Assembly (NCBI GenBank): GCA_964276145.1
Contig: CAXYDN010000007.1
Coordinates: forward strand, 1,464-65,463
Reading direction: 5' to 3'
Length of the DNA: 64,000 bases
Source: an uncultured SAR86 cluster bacterium
Lineage (GTDB): Bacteria > Pseudomonadota > Gammaproteobacteria > Magnimaribacterales > D2472
Positions 10,794 through 19,958 of the stretch are shown piece after piece (within the stretch, counting starts at the first letter, position 1; each line of letters opens with the position of its first letter). The notes beneath the pieces were generated by a model. It was not told the DNA's origin and searched no databases. It saw only the letters and a list, made by a program, of their open reading frames with translations. The position numbers and the translations under genes are program-made.

Positions 10794-11451
10794 AATAACC
10801 TGTACAAATATTGCTAAAACTTTTGTTGTTGAGGGTAATAATATTAAAGTTTTAGAGAATATAAATCTAACTATAGAAAAGGGTGACTTGGTAGCAATTT
10901 CTGGTCAATCAGGTGCAGGAAAATCTACACTCTTGCACATTATTGCCTCACTGGACGAGGCTTCATCGGGTAATATTCTCTATGATGAAAAACCAATAGA
11001 AGGACATACAAATTTTGCTTTAAGTAATATTCGTCTTAATAATTTTGGTTTTGTATATCAATTTCATCATTTATTAGAAGATTTAACTGTTCTTGAAAAT
11101 ATTATGATTCCTTTACAACTTGCAGGACATACGACAAAGCAAAATGTATACAATATTATTGATGAAGTAGGTCTATCTTCAAGAGTCAATCATTTACCAT
11201 GGAAATTATCCGGTGGTGAGAAACAAAGAGTAGCAATAGCAAGAGCTTTGATTAATAATCCAGATTTTATATTTCTTGATGAACCTACTGGAAATCTGGA
11301 TGAAGAAAATGCTTCGATCATTCAAAATCTTTTACTAGAAATTTCTAAAAGAAATAATATTGCTTTAGTGACCGCTACTCATGATAATAACTTCATTGAA
11401 AGTTTTAATAAAACCTATTACCTAAAAGACTTTAATTTAGTAGAGGCTTAG
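10786..11451 (+). CDS. lolD: Lipoprotein-releasing ABC transporter ATPase
   Basis: GQSGAGKST, GFVYQFHHLL (LolD motif), LSGGEKQR, DEPTGNLD. Confidence 0.93.
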   Translation: MNKITCTNIAKTFVVEGNNIKVLENINLTIEKGDLVAISGQSGAGKSTLLHIIASLDEASSGNILYDEKPIEGHTNFALSNIRLNNFGFVYQFHHLLEDLTVLENIMIPLQLAGHTTKQNVYNIIDEVGLSSRVNHLPWKLSGGEKQRVAIARALINNPDFIFLDEPTGNLDEENASIIQNLLLEISKRNNIALVTATHDNNFIESFNKTYYLKDFNLVEA

Positions 11452-12051
11452 ATGACAGAATTTATAATTGCAGGCGGACCTTTTATGTGGCCATTACTAG
11501 CTTGTAGTATTTTAATTATTACTATTTCCATTGAACGTCTTTGGTTTCTTCAGATTAGGCTTGTATCACCCAAAGGTTTAACCAATCAAATTGTTAATCT
11601 CTTTAATAAGAATCTTATTAATAACAAGCAAGCAGATGAGATATCAGAATTATCATCACTTGGGTTTTTACTAATCTCATGTATTCAATACAAAGATCTA
11701 CCTCGAGAAAATTTAGAATCTAAAATTGAAGAAAAAGCTGTAGAAATAAAATATTCCTTGGAGCGAAATTTGAATATGCTCGGAACAATTGCAACTATTA
11801 GTCCACTTCTAGGACTTCTTGGAACAGTCATAGGTATGATTGCTGCCTTTACTGGGCTCAGTGAAGTGACTGGTGCCAATCCTGATGCATTAGCAGCTGG
11901 CATATCACAAGCTTTAATTACAACAGCTTTTGGTTTGTTTATAGCTGTGCCTGGTTTAGTTTTGCATAAATACTTCGAACAGAAGGTATCTTACTTGTTA
12001 ATTACATTGCAAATAGAGGTATCGCGCTTTATAGATGTAATTAATAAATGA
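11452..12051 (+). CDS. MotA/TolQ/ExbB proton channel protein
   Basis: [14 protein letters not shown] and [13 protein letters not shown] motifs. Confidence 0.9.
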   Translation: MTEFIIAGGPFMWPLLACSILIITISIERLWFLQIRLVSPKGLTNQIVNLFNKNLINNKQADEISELSSLGFLLISCIQYKDLPRENLESKIEEKAVEIKYSLERNLNMLGTIATISPLLGLLGTVIGMIAAFTGLSEVTGANPDALAAGISQALITTAFGLFIAVPGLVLHKYFEQKVSYLLITLQIEVSRFIDVINK

Positions 12052-12452
12052 AATTTATAAATCAACAAAAAACATCTTTTTCAATAGAAATTACACCTCT
12101 TATTGATATTGTTTTTTTATTAGTAATTTTTTTTGTTGTAACTTCAAAGGTTGGTGACTCTCAATTTCTTAGTTTAGATCTTCCAAAAACTGAATCTTTC
12201 GAATATAACGTTGTCGAATCTAATAATGAGATTTCTATAACTTCAGATGGAAGTATTTATATAAATGAAATTGTTTACAACATAAATAATATAAAGGAGA
12301 TTGAACAAGCTATTTTTGAATTAGATAATCAAAGTAATTCAATCATATTAAGCGCTGAAGCCACCTCTCTTCATATTTGGATTGTAGGTATAATGGATAT
12401 TCTTAATAAAAATGGATTTAATGAAGTTCAAATACGAACTATAGAAAAATGA
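12048..12452 (+). CDS. ExbD/TolR family protein
   Basis: [17 protein letters not shown] motif. Confidence 0.9.
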   Translation: MKFINQQKTSFSIEITPLIDIVFLLVIFFVVTSKVGDSQFLSLDLPKTESFEYNVVESNNEISITSDGSIYINEIVYNINNIKEIEQAIFELDNQSNSIILSAEATSLHIWIVGIMDILNKNGFNEVQIRTIEK

Positions 12453-15208
12453 AATCAGGTAGTTTAAGAAGAGTATTAGGCTATACCTATAGATATAGGT
12501 GGTCATTTCTAATCAGCGTTATTGGCTTTATATCATTTGCTGCAGCAGATATTGCTGCTGTAGATTGGTTGAGAAGAATAATTAGTTATATAGATTCAGA
12601 TGATGAAAGTTTAAATACTTTACTTGCAATGTCATTAATATTTATTGCAATAGGAAGGGGTCTTGGATTCTTTATTGGTAATTATTTTATGTCGCGTGTT
12701 GGTTTTGGAATAGTTCATGATTTAAGAGCTGAATTATTTCAAAAATTACATGATCTACCAAAGTCATATTTTGATGCCAACCAGTCTGGCCAATTAATTA
12801 ACAGAATTACTTTTACAACAACACAAGTATCTGGCGCTGCATCAAATGCAGTTAAAACTTTTGTTAGAGAAGGGTTTCTTCTTATTGGCTTATTTGTTTA
12901 TCTTTCTATTTTAAATTTTAAATTAACTATACTTCTGGTTGGAACAGCTCCATTGATTGCTTTGATTGTCTATGTTGCAGGTAAGAGACTAAAAAAACTT
13001 GCAACTAAAATTCAAACAGCAATGGGAGATGTTACTCATATTGCGTCTGAAGCAGTAGATGGTCATGTTGAAATAAAAAGTTTTAATGCAGAGAGCTATG
13101 AAAATAAAAGGTTCCTTGAAGCAAATGCATCAAATAAAAATCAAAATTTAAAATTAGAAGCTACAGGTAACCTTGCTACCCCAATTATCCAAATATTGGT
13201 CTCAATTTCTTTGGCTTTGGTAGCTTATTTTGCCTTAGGTTCTCAACTTGGAATTAGTTTAGATGCCGAAACTTTTGTAGCTTTTTTTACAGCTGCTGGT
13301 TTGATGGCTAAACCCATACGACAACTATCAAATATAAATATTATTGTTCAAAAAGGTTTGGCTGCAGCTAATGAAATATTTGATCAATTAGATCAGCAAA
13401 ATGAGGATAATTCAGGTGATATTGATTCACTTATATTGGGAGATATAGATTTTAAAAATGTATCTTTTTCATATAATACTGGTGGCTTAATAATCGATAA
13501 CATATCTTTTTCAATTGCTAAAAATGAAACTATCGCCATTGTTGGTAAGTCTGGTTCAGGTAAATCAACAATAGCTAATTTAATTCCACGTTTTTATAAC
13601 CATACATCAGGAGATATTTTAATTGATGGGATTTCAGTTAATGAATATTCTCTTCAACACTTAAGATCATCTATTTCAATTGTTAATCAGTCTCCATCAT
13701 TATTTAACGACACCATTGCTAAAAATATTGCATACGGTGATGATGAAATAGATGTTGAAAAGTTAAAAGAGTCTGCATTACAAGCAGGCTGTATAGAGTT
13801 TATTGAAAGCTTGCCTGAAGGCTTTGAATCTGAAATAGGTGATGATGGTGTGCTCTTGTCAGGAGGACAAAGACAAAGACTAGCTATTGCTAGAGCTTTC
13901 TATAAAGATTCTCCAATCATTATATTAGATGAGGCTACATCATCTCTAGACACAGAATCTGAATTAATAGTTCAAGAAGCTCTTGAAAAATTAATTACCA
14001 ATAGAACAACTATAGTAATAGCACATAGACTATCAACTATAGAAAATGCTTCTAGAATAATTGTTTTAGATAATGGGGTCATATCAGAAACAGGAACTCA
14101 TTCAGAATTATTAGATAATAAAGGTATATATCAGTCACTTTATAAGAATAAATTTGAAGACTCTCCTAAGAAAAAATCCAAAGCTCCCAAATCATCTCAA
14201 CTATATATTCCAGAATTTGAAGATGAGTATAATTCCAGTATTGTTATAGACAGTTGGTATAAAAAAAGTTTATGGCTCTATCTCTTATTACCTTTTTCTT
14301 TAGTTTTTTCATACTTAACAAATCGAAGAAGAAGAAAGTTTGTTAAATCTAAAAAACTTAGTTATAAATCGGACATTCCATTAATTGTTGTTGGTAATTT
14401 AACAATTGGCGGAACTGGAAAGACACCTTTAGTAGCATATATAGCTTCTGAATTAGTTAAAAAAGGCTATAAACCAGGTTTGGTTAGTAGAGGTTATGGT
14501 GGAAAATTTCGTGAAACTCTGCATGTAACAAATGACACACCTGTAAAGCAGACTGGTGATGAGGCCCAAATTCTTTCAAAGTTAAATTTACCATTTTATA
14601 TTGATAAAAATAGAGTGCGAGCCATTAAAACACTGGAAGAGAATCATGACTGCGATGTCATCATCTCTGATGATGGTTTACAACATTACAATATGAATAG
14701 AGATATAGAAATCGTAGTTATAGATGGTAAGAGACGTTTTGGTAATAATCTTACTTTCCCAGCAGGTCCATTAAGAGAGTCAAAAACAAGACTTAGTAGT
14801 GTTGATTTTATTGTTAATAATTCTGGACCTACCCAAGAAGATGAGCATCTTATGAATATCAGTCCTGCTAAATTTGTCCACTTAAAATCTGGTAAATCCT
14901 ATCCCATTGAAAAATGGCCAATGCATAAACAAGTTCATGCTGTTGCAGGCCTAGGAAATCCTGGAAGATTTTTTGACTTGCTTGCTAGGCTGGGATTCGA
15001 AATTATTAGACATCCTTTTCCTGACCATCATAATTTTGATGAATCTAATATATTTTATTTAGACCATCTTCCTATAATTATGACTGAAAAGGATGCTTCA
15101 AAATGTAGATCTTTTGATAATAATAAAATTTGGTACTTAACAATTGAAGCTGATGTTTCTGATAAGTTTATAGAAGAGCTCGATAGCAAATTAAAAACAC
15201 TTAATTAA
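12449..15208 (+). CDS. msbA-lpxK: Fused lipid A flippase MsbA (N-terminal ~570 aa) and tetraacyldisaccharide 4'-kinase LpxK (C-terminal ~320 aa)
   Basis: ABC TMD plus GKSGSGKST, LSGGQRQR, DEATSSLD, IAHRLSTI; then LpxK motifs VVGNLTIGGTGKTP, SRGYG, GDE, SDDGLQH, PAGPLRE, FPDHH, TEKDASK in one frame. Confidence 0.9.
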   Translation: MKSGSLRRVLGYTYRYRWSFLISVIGFISFAAADIAAVDWLRRIISYIDSDDESLNTLLAMSLIFIAIGRGLGFFIGNYFMSRVGFGIVHDLRAELFQKLHDLPKSYFDANQSGQLINRITFTTTQVSGAASNAVKTFVREGFLLIGLFVYLSILNFKLTILLVGTAPLIALIVYVAGKRLKKLATKIQTAMGDVTHIASEAVDGHVEIKSFNAESYENKRFLEANASNKNQNLKLEATGNLATPIIQILVSISLALVAYFALGSQLGISLDAETFVAFFTAAGLMAKPIRQLSNINIIVQKGLAAANEIFDQLDQQNEDNSGDIDSLILGDIDFKNVSFSYNTGGLIIDNISFSIAKNETIAIVGKSGSGKSTIANLIPRFYNHTSGDILIDGISVNEYSLQHLRSSISIVNQSPSLFNDTIAKNIAYGDDEIDVEKLKESALQAGCIEFIESLPEGFESEIGDDGVLLSGGQRQRLAIARAFYKDSPIIILDEATSSLDTESELIVQEALEKLITNRTTIVIAHRLSTIENASRIIVLDNGVISETGTHSELLDNKGIYQSLYKNKFEDSPKKKSKAPKSSQLYIPEFEDEYNSSIVIDSWYKKSLWLYLLLPFSLVFSYLTNRRRRKFVKSKKLSYKSDIPLIVVGNLTIGGTGKTPLVAYIASELVKKGYKPGLVSRGYGGKFRETLHVTNDTPVKQTGDEAQILSKLNLPFYIDKNRVRAIKTLEENHDCDVIISDDGLQHYNMNRDIEIVVIDGKRRFGNNLTFPAGPLRESKTRLSSVDFIVNNSGPTQEDEHLMNISPAKFVHLKSGKSYPIEKWPMHKQVHAVAGLGNPGRFFDLLARLGFEIIRHPFPDHHNFDESNIFYLDHLPIIMTEKDASKCRSFDNNKIWYLTIEADVSDKFIEELDSKLKTLN

Positions 15209-15209
15209 G

Positions 15210-15932
15210 ATGGAAACTAATTTTGTTATTCTTATTCCGTCAAGAATTGGCTCAACTCGGTTAAGAAAAAAACCTCTTATAGATATTAACGGCATGTCAT
15301 TGATTGAAAGAGTCTATAAAAATTCAATATCAATCTCGAATAACTCTTATATTGCTACAGATTCTGATGAAATTTTAAATCATGCTCAAACATTTACTAA
15401 AAATGTAATCAGTACCAATAACAAGCATATTTCTGGTACTGATAGAATTTTTGAAGCTGCAAAAAAACTTAAAATTGATGATGAGACTTTAATAATTAAC
15501 CTTCAAGGGGATGAGCCATTTATGCCAATTGATTTAGTCAATCAGTTAATAAATGATTTTAATAACAATGAATGTGATGTCATTAGTGCCTGCCACCCAA
15601 TTAAGGACCTTAATGATTTAGAAAATCCTAATTGCGTTAAAGTTCATTATGATAATAAAAATTATGCTAAGAGTTTCCAAAGAAAACCTATTAATAAAGA
15701 TACCTATGAAAGGCATATAGGAATCTATGGTTATAAGATGAAAACTTTGAAGAAGTTGGTTAATTTAAAGCCAACACAAAACGAATTAATACATAAATTA
15801 GAGCAATTAAGATTTATGGATAATAACTACACTATCTTTATGAGTAAATATCTATCTGAAGTGCCCTCAGGTATTGATACTCAAGAAGATGTCGATAATG
15901 CTATAAAATATTTATTGTCTAATGAAAATTGA
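15210..15932 (+). CDS. kdsB: 3-deoxy-manno-octulosonate cytidylyltransferase
   Basis: IPSRIGSTRL..KPL, SGTDR, NLQGDEP, HIGIYGY, LEQLR. Confidence 0.93.
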   Translation: METNFVILIPSRIGSTRLRKKPLIDINGMSLIERVYKNSISISNNSYIATDSDEILNHAQTFTKNVISTNNKHISGTDRIFEAAKKLKIDDETLIINLQGDEPFMPIDLVNQLINDFNNNECDVISACHPIKDLNDLENPNCVKVHYDNKNYAKSFQRKPINKDTYERHIGIYGYKMKTLKKLVNLKPTQNELIHKLEQLRFMDNNYTIFMSKYLSEVPSGIDTQEDVDNAIKYLLSNEN

Positions 15933-16914
15933 AGAAAATGCGTTCATCAATAATTCCCTTGGAATTAATTCACGATGTAAGCTTTTAGCTAATTTAGAAA
16001 GCATAGAAGATTTAAATAATATAGAAGCTTTGATAAATGCTCATAAGAAATATTATATTTTAGGCGAGGGTACAAATATTATCCCACCGTCTTTTTATGA
16101 TGGGCTAATTTTAAAAGTTGAGTTCAACAATATTAACAATAACAACAATATATTGAGTGTTGGAGCATCATATAACTGGTCAGAGTTAGTTGCATTTTGT
16201 ATAAGAGAAAATATAAATGGTTTTGAAAATCTGATTGATATACCGGGCAGTGTTGGAGCTAGCCCAATTCAGAATATTGGTGCTTATGGAGCAGAGGTTT
16301 CTAGATTGATAGATAGTATTGATTATTTCTGTTTAGATTCATTTTCTAAAAAATCTTTTTCAAATACAGAGTGTCATTTTTCATACAGAGATTCAGCCTT
16401 AAAGAATTCACATTACCTAATTTATAACATTAATTTTAAATCAAATCTCAAGAAAAATATTTCGTATCAATACAAAAGCATAAAAAAATATATAAACGAT
16501 AATTTAATTAATCCAGACAATCTAATGATCGGAGATATCGCCAAAATAATATCAACTATACGATCAGAAGCATTGCCAAATCCAAACAAAATTCATAATG
16601 CAGGAAGCTTTTTTAAAAACCCAATCGTTGATAAAAATTTAATAAATTTTAAAAACTTTACAGAAGAACAATTAATTATTTGGAACTATTCAAATTCTTT
16701 GGTAAAAGTTGGTGCTGCAAGACTTATAGAGCTAATCAAAGATAAGTTAATACCATCTAAAAATGTTTCAATTTATAAAAACCATTCATTAGTTTTAATA
16801 ACCAATGGCAAAGCTTCACAAAATGAGGTTCTAGATTATGCATCTCAAATAAATCAATTAGTATATAAAAATTTCAATATATCTCTTGAAATCGAACCAA
16901 ACATAATTAATTAA
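15922..16914 (+). CDS. murB: UDP-N-acetylmuramate dehydrogenase
   Basis: LGEGTN, IPGSVGASPIQNIGAYG, FSYRDS, NAGSFFKNP, LEIEP. Confidence 0.93.
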   Translation: MKIEENAFINNSLGINSRCKLLANLESIEDLNNIEALINAHKKYYILGEGTNIIPPSFYDGLILKVEFNNINNNNNILSVGASYNWSELVAFCIRENINGFENLIDIPGSVGASPIQNIGAYGAEVSRLIDSIDYFCLDSFSKKSFSNTECHFSYRDSALKNSHYLIYNINFKSNLKKNISYQYKSIKKYINDNLINPDNLMIGDIAKIISTIRSEALPNPNKIHNAGSFFKNPIVDKNLINFKNFTEEQLIIWNYSNSLVKVGAARLIELIKDKLIPSKNVSIYKNHSLVLITNGKASQNEVLDYASQINQLVYKNFNISLEIEPNIIN

Positions 16915-16916
16915 TT

Positions 16917-17522
16917 ATGTTTATCTGGTCTTCAATAGCACACCTCATTGCGCTAACTAGTCCAGGTCCTGACACTGCAATAATTATCAGACAAGTAAAC
17001 TTGTATGGAAGAGTTGCTGGAATATATGCTGCCTTTGGAATTGGCATTGGTATTTATTTGCACTGTCTTTTAGCTATTAATGGAATATCATTATTTATTA
17101 TTTCTAATGATTTATATAAATTTATAATTAGTCTAATAGGAAGTGTTTATATAATTTATCTAGGAATTATGATGGTTTTGCCAAGTACTATTTCCACAAA
17201 CAACACCAAAATAAACAATACTTCAATTCGAAATAGTTTTTTATCTGGATTAATTACTAATATATTTAATGTAAAAGCTTTTATTTTTTTTGTGTCTCTT
17301 TTTTCAATTCTTATAGACTCTATTGAAGGAATATTTTTTTATATCTACCCAATATACTTCTCAATAACATCCTCGTTATGGTTTGTATTTTTGAGCTATC
17401 TATTAACTTCATCTAAACATATTAATATTCAAAGTAGTAATTTGATTAATAGATTGTTAGCTATAATACTATGTAGTATAGGCGTATTTATTTTTATAAA
17501 ATCTATTCATGAGTATTTCTAA
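16917..17522 (+). CDS. LysE/RhtB family translocator
   Basis: SPGPD motif, G..Y..YLG, F..G..TN..N.KA. Confidence 0.85.
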   Translation: MFIWSSIAHLIALTSPGPDTAIIIRQVNLYGRVAGIYAAFGIGIGIYLHCLLAINGISLFIISNDLYKFIISLIGSVYIIYLGIMMVLPSTISTNNTKINNTSIRNSFLSGLITNIFNVKAFIFFVSLFSILIDSIEGIFFYIYPIYFSITSSLWFVFLSYLLTSSKHINIQSSNLINRLLAIILCSIGVFIFIKSIHEYF

Positions 17523-18042
17523 AATAGCAAAGAATATAAAAAGTGATAAATCAGATTTTCCACCCGTACATCTATGGGAGCCTGAATTATGCATAGGTCA
17601 GGAAATTACTATAAACAGAGAAGGGGATTGGCTTTATAATAACTCTCCGATCAAAAATACTAAACTAGTCAAACTATTTAGTTCAGTTTTAAGAAATGAT
17701 AATGGAAGTTATTTTTTAGTTACACCTTATGAGAAAGTTCCAGTTTTCTCAGAGTTAGCCCCTTATGTAATTACAGACTTTGATATAAGCGATAAGATTA
17801 TCACTCTTCATACTAATCTAGATTATTCATTCCCATTAAATGATCAAAACACAACAAGATTAGTAAAATATCAAAATACAATAATTCCATTAGTCCATGT
17901 GAGAAATGGCATTGATGGGTTTTTTAATAGAGCAACTTACTATAAGTTAGTTGATCTAGCGCTTGAAGAAAATATCATTATTAATAATATATTGCATATC
18001 AAAAGCGGTTCAGGCCATTATTCATTAGGCACCATTGCATAA
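17509..18042 (+). CDS. DUF1285 family protein
   Basis: PPVHLWEP...I..EGDW...LVKLFSSVL...YFLVTP.EKV. Confidence 0.85.
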   Translation: MSISKIAKNIKSDKSDFPPVHLWEPELCIGQEITINREGDWLYNNSPIKNTKLVKLFSSVLRNDNGSYFLVTPYEKVPVFSELAPYVITDFDISDKIITLHTNLDYSFPLNDQNTTRLVKYQNTIIPLVHVRNGIDGFFNRATYYKLVDLALEENIIINNILHIKSGSGHYSLGTIA

Positions 18043-18193
18043 AAAAGCTACATTACCATCTAAAATCTGTTTGATTTGTCAGAAAGAATTTAAATGGAGA
18101 AAGAAATGGGAAAAAGATTGGAAAGAAGTTAAGTATTGCAGCGAAAGATGTAAAAGATCTAAGAATTCAAAGACTCTTCAATCCAATCATTAA
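18035..18193 (+). CDS. DUF2256 family small Cys-rich protein (52 aa, TTG start; absent from the ORF track)
   Basis: Hand translation MHKKATLPSKICLICQKEFKWRKKWEKDWKEVKYCSERCKRS... matches the DUF2256 pattern LPxKxCxxC..FxWRKKW...W.EVKYCSERC. Confidence 0.85.
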   Translation: MHKKATLPSKICLICQKEFKWRKKWEKDWKEVKYCSERCKRSKNSKTLQSNH

Positions 18194-19958
18194 TATAGTC
18201 TTCTAAAATGTCTAACGGAAGCGATCCTCTCTTAAGAAGTTCATGGTGAAAATCTTTAATATCATATTTATCGCCTAATTCTTTTTCTGCTTTATTGCGT
18301 AATTCAAGCATTTTCAATTGACCAATTTTATATGCTAAAGCTTGACCAGGCCATGCTATATACCTATCAACTTCATTTTCTATATCAAGCTTAGATTTAG
18401 CTGTGTTTTCTACAAATAAATCTATCGCCTCTTGTCTAGACCAATTCTTGTAATGCATTCCTGTATCAACAACTAAACGAATAGCTCTCCACATATCATA
18501 AGTTAATTGACCAAATTTATCGTAAGGATCATCATATAGATTCATGAACTCTCCCAATTCTTCACTATACAAACCCCAGCCCTCAACAAACGCAGTAAAG
18601 CTTTGATATTTTCTAAATGTAGGAACATTTTCTAATTCTTGTGCTATTGATATTTGAAAGTGATGTCCTGGAACTGCTTCATGGACTGTTAATACTGGAA
18701 TCTCATACTTAGGTCGAGATTCTGGCTTATACAAGTTAGCGTAAAAGTAACCAGGCCTACCTTTGGCTGGTGAGTTGTAATATGCAGTTGTAGTGTATGG
18801 TGCTGATTCAGCTGGTATTGGAATAACTCCATATGGAGCTCTTGGAAAGACCTTGAATATTTTTGGGAGTAGCGGATCTATTGATTTCGCCATAATCAGA
18901 TAAGCATTTAATAAATCTTCTGGATTATCATAATAAAACCTAGGACTTGTTCTTAGGTAGTTAAGAAATGATTTAAAATCTCCATCCCAATCCAAGTCAG
19001 TAATAATCTGCTCCATTTCTTTTCTAATTCTTAGGACTTCTTTTAGTCCAATATCATGAATTTCATCAGGAGTTAAGTCTGTTGTGGTGTGATATCTAGC
19101 TGCATATTCATACCATTTATCTCCTCCTGGAACACCATTAAGTCCAATACTTGATCTTGAGTTTGGTAAATAAGTATTTTTAAGAAAATTATTTAAATCA
19201 ACATAGGCAGGAATAATTTGTGACTTAATTAATAGAGTTGCTCTATTAATCAAATCTTCTTTCTCACCTTTATTAAAAAAAGAATTATCTGCAGTTAAAA
19301 AAATCTTTAGATAAGGGTTATCTACAATCTCTGAATTTAATATATTATCAATTTGTAATATTACTTGCCTAGTAACAAGTTGTGGTTGCGTATAACCTTT
19401 TTTCAAACCATCTTCTATGTTGGTTTTTGTATTAGCTATATTGTCAGCATATTTAGAAAGTCTTATTAACCAATCTTCATAGTCTTGCTTAGATTCATAA
19501 ACTAACCTATCTCCAGTCTCAAAATAACTTTGAACCCCACCTCTTTGATTTAAGCTCATATAATAGGAGGGGTATTCTGCAGCTTCTATTGAGTTATTAA
19601 GACTAATTCTTTTTAATTTATAGTTTAATTTATTATCGCTATTTAGCTTTTCATAATTAAACCTATTTAGGTTGATTAAATCCTTTTGAAGCTTAGCTTT
19701 ATTCTTAACAAATTCTTGAATGCTATTAGATGTAATATCTTGATTAAAACTCTTGTTACCCAAGAGCGATGCAAATATTGGTCTATCTTTTAAGTTTTGT
19801 TCCCATTGGTTTGAAAGATATTTTTCAAATACTATATTTTCATCTATTACTTGTTTTTGAAGATCATCGCCTAAGTTAACATTACTATCAATTTGACATG
19901 CAGAAGTAAAAAATATTAAAAAGATTGATAGACTAGTTTTTTTATTAAAAAAAACCAT
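18159..19958 (-). CDS. DUF885 family lipoprotein (putative metallopeptidase)
   Basis: Lipobox FTSAC, HEAVPGHHFQ, FVEGWGLYSE, EVDRYIAWPGQALAYKIG. Confidence 0.9.
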   Translation of the reverse strand: MVFFNKKTSLSIFLIFFTSACQIDSNVNLGDDLQKQVIDENIVFEKYLSNQWEQNLKDRPIFASLLGNKSFNQDITSNSIQEFVKNKAKLQKDLINLNRFNYEKLNSDNKLNYKLKRISLNNSIEAAEYPSYYMSLNQRGGVQSYFETGDRLVYESKQDYEDWLIRLSKYADNIANTKTNIEDGLKKGYTQPQLVTRQVILQIDNILNSEIVDNPYLKIFLTADNSFFNKGEKEDLINRATLLIKSQIIPAYVDLNNFLKNTYLPNSRSSIGLNGVPGGDKWYEYAARYHTTTDLTPDEIHDIGLKEVLRIRKEMEQIITDLDWDGDFKSFLNYLRTSPRFYYDNPEDLLNAYLIMAKSIDPLLPKIFKVFPRAPYGVIPIPAESAPYTTTAYYNSPAKGRPGYFYANLYKPESRPKYEIPVLTVHEAVPGHHFQISIAQELENVPTFRKYQSFTAFVEGWGLYSEELGEFMNLYDDPYDKFGQLTYDMWRAIRLVVDTGMHYKNWSRQEAIDLFVENTAKSKLDIENEVDRYIAWPGQALAYKIGQLKMLELRNKAEKELGDKYDIKDFHHELLKRGSLPLDILEDYINDWIEESLNS

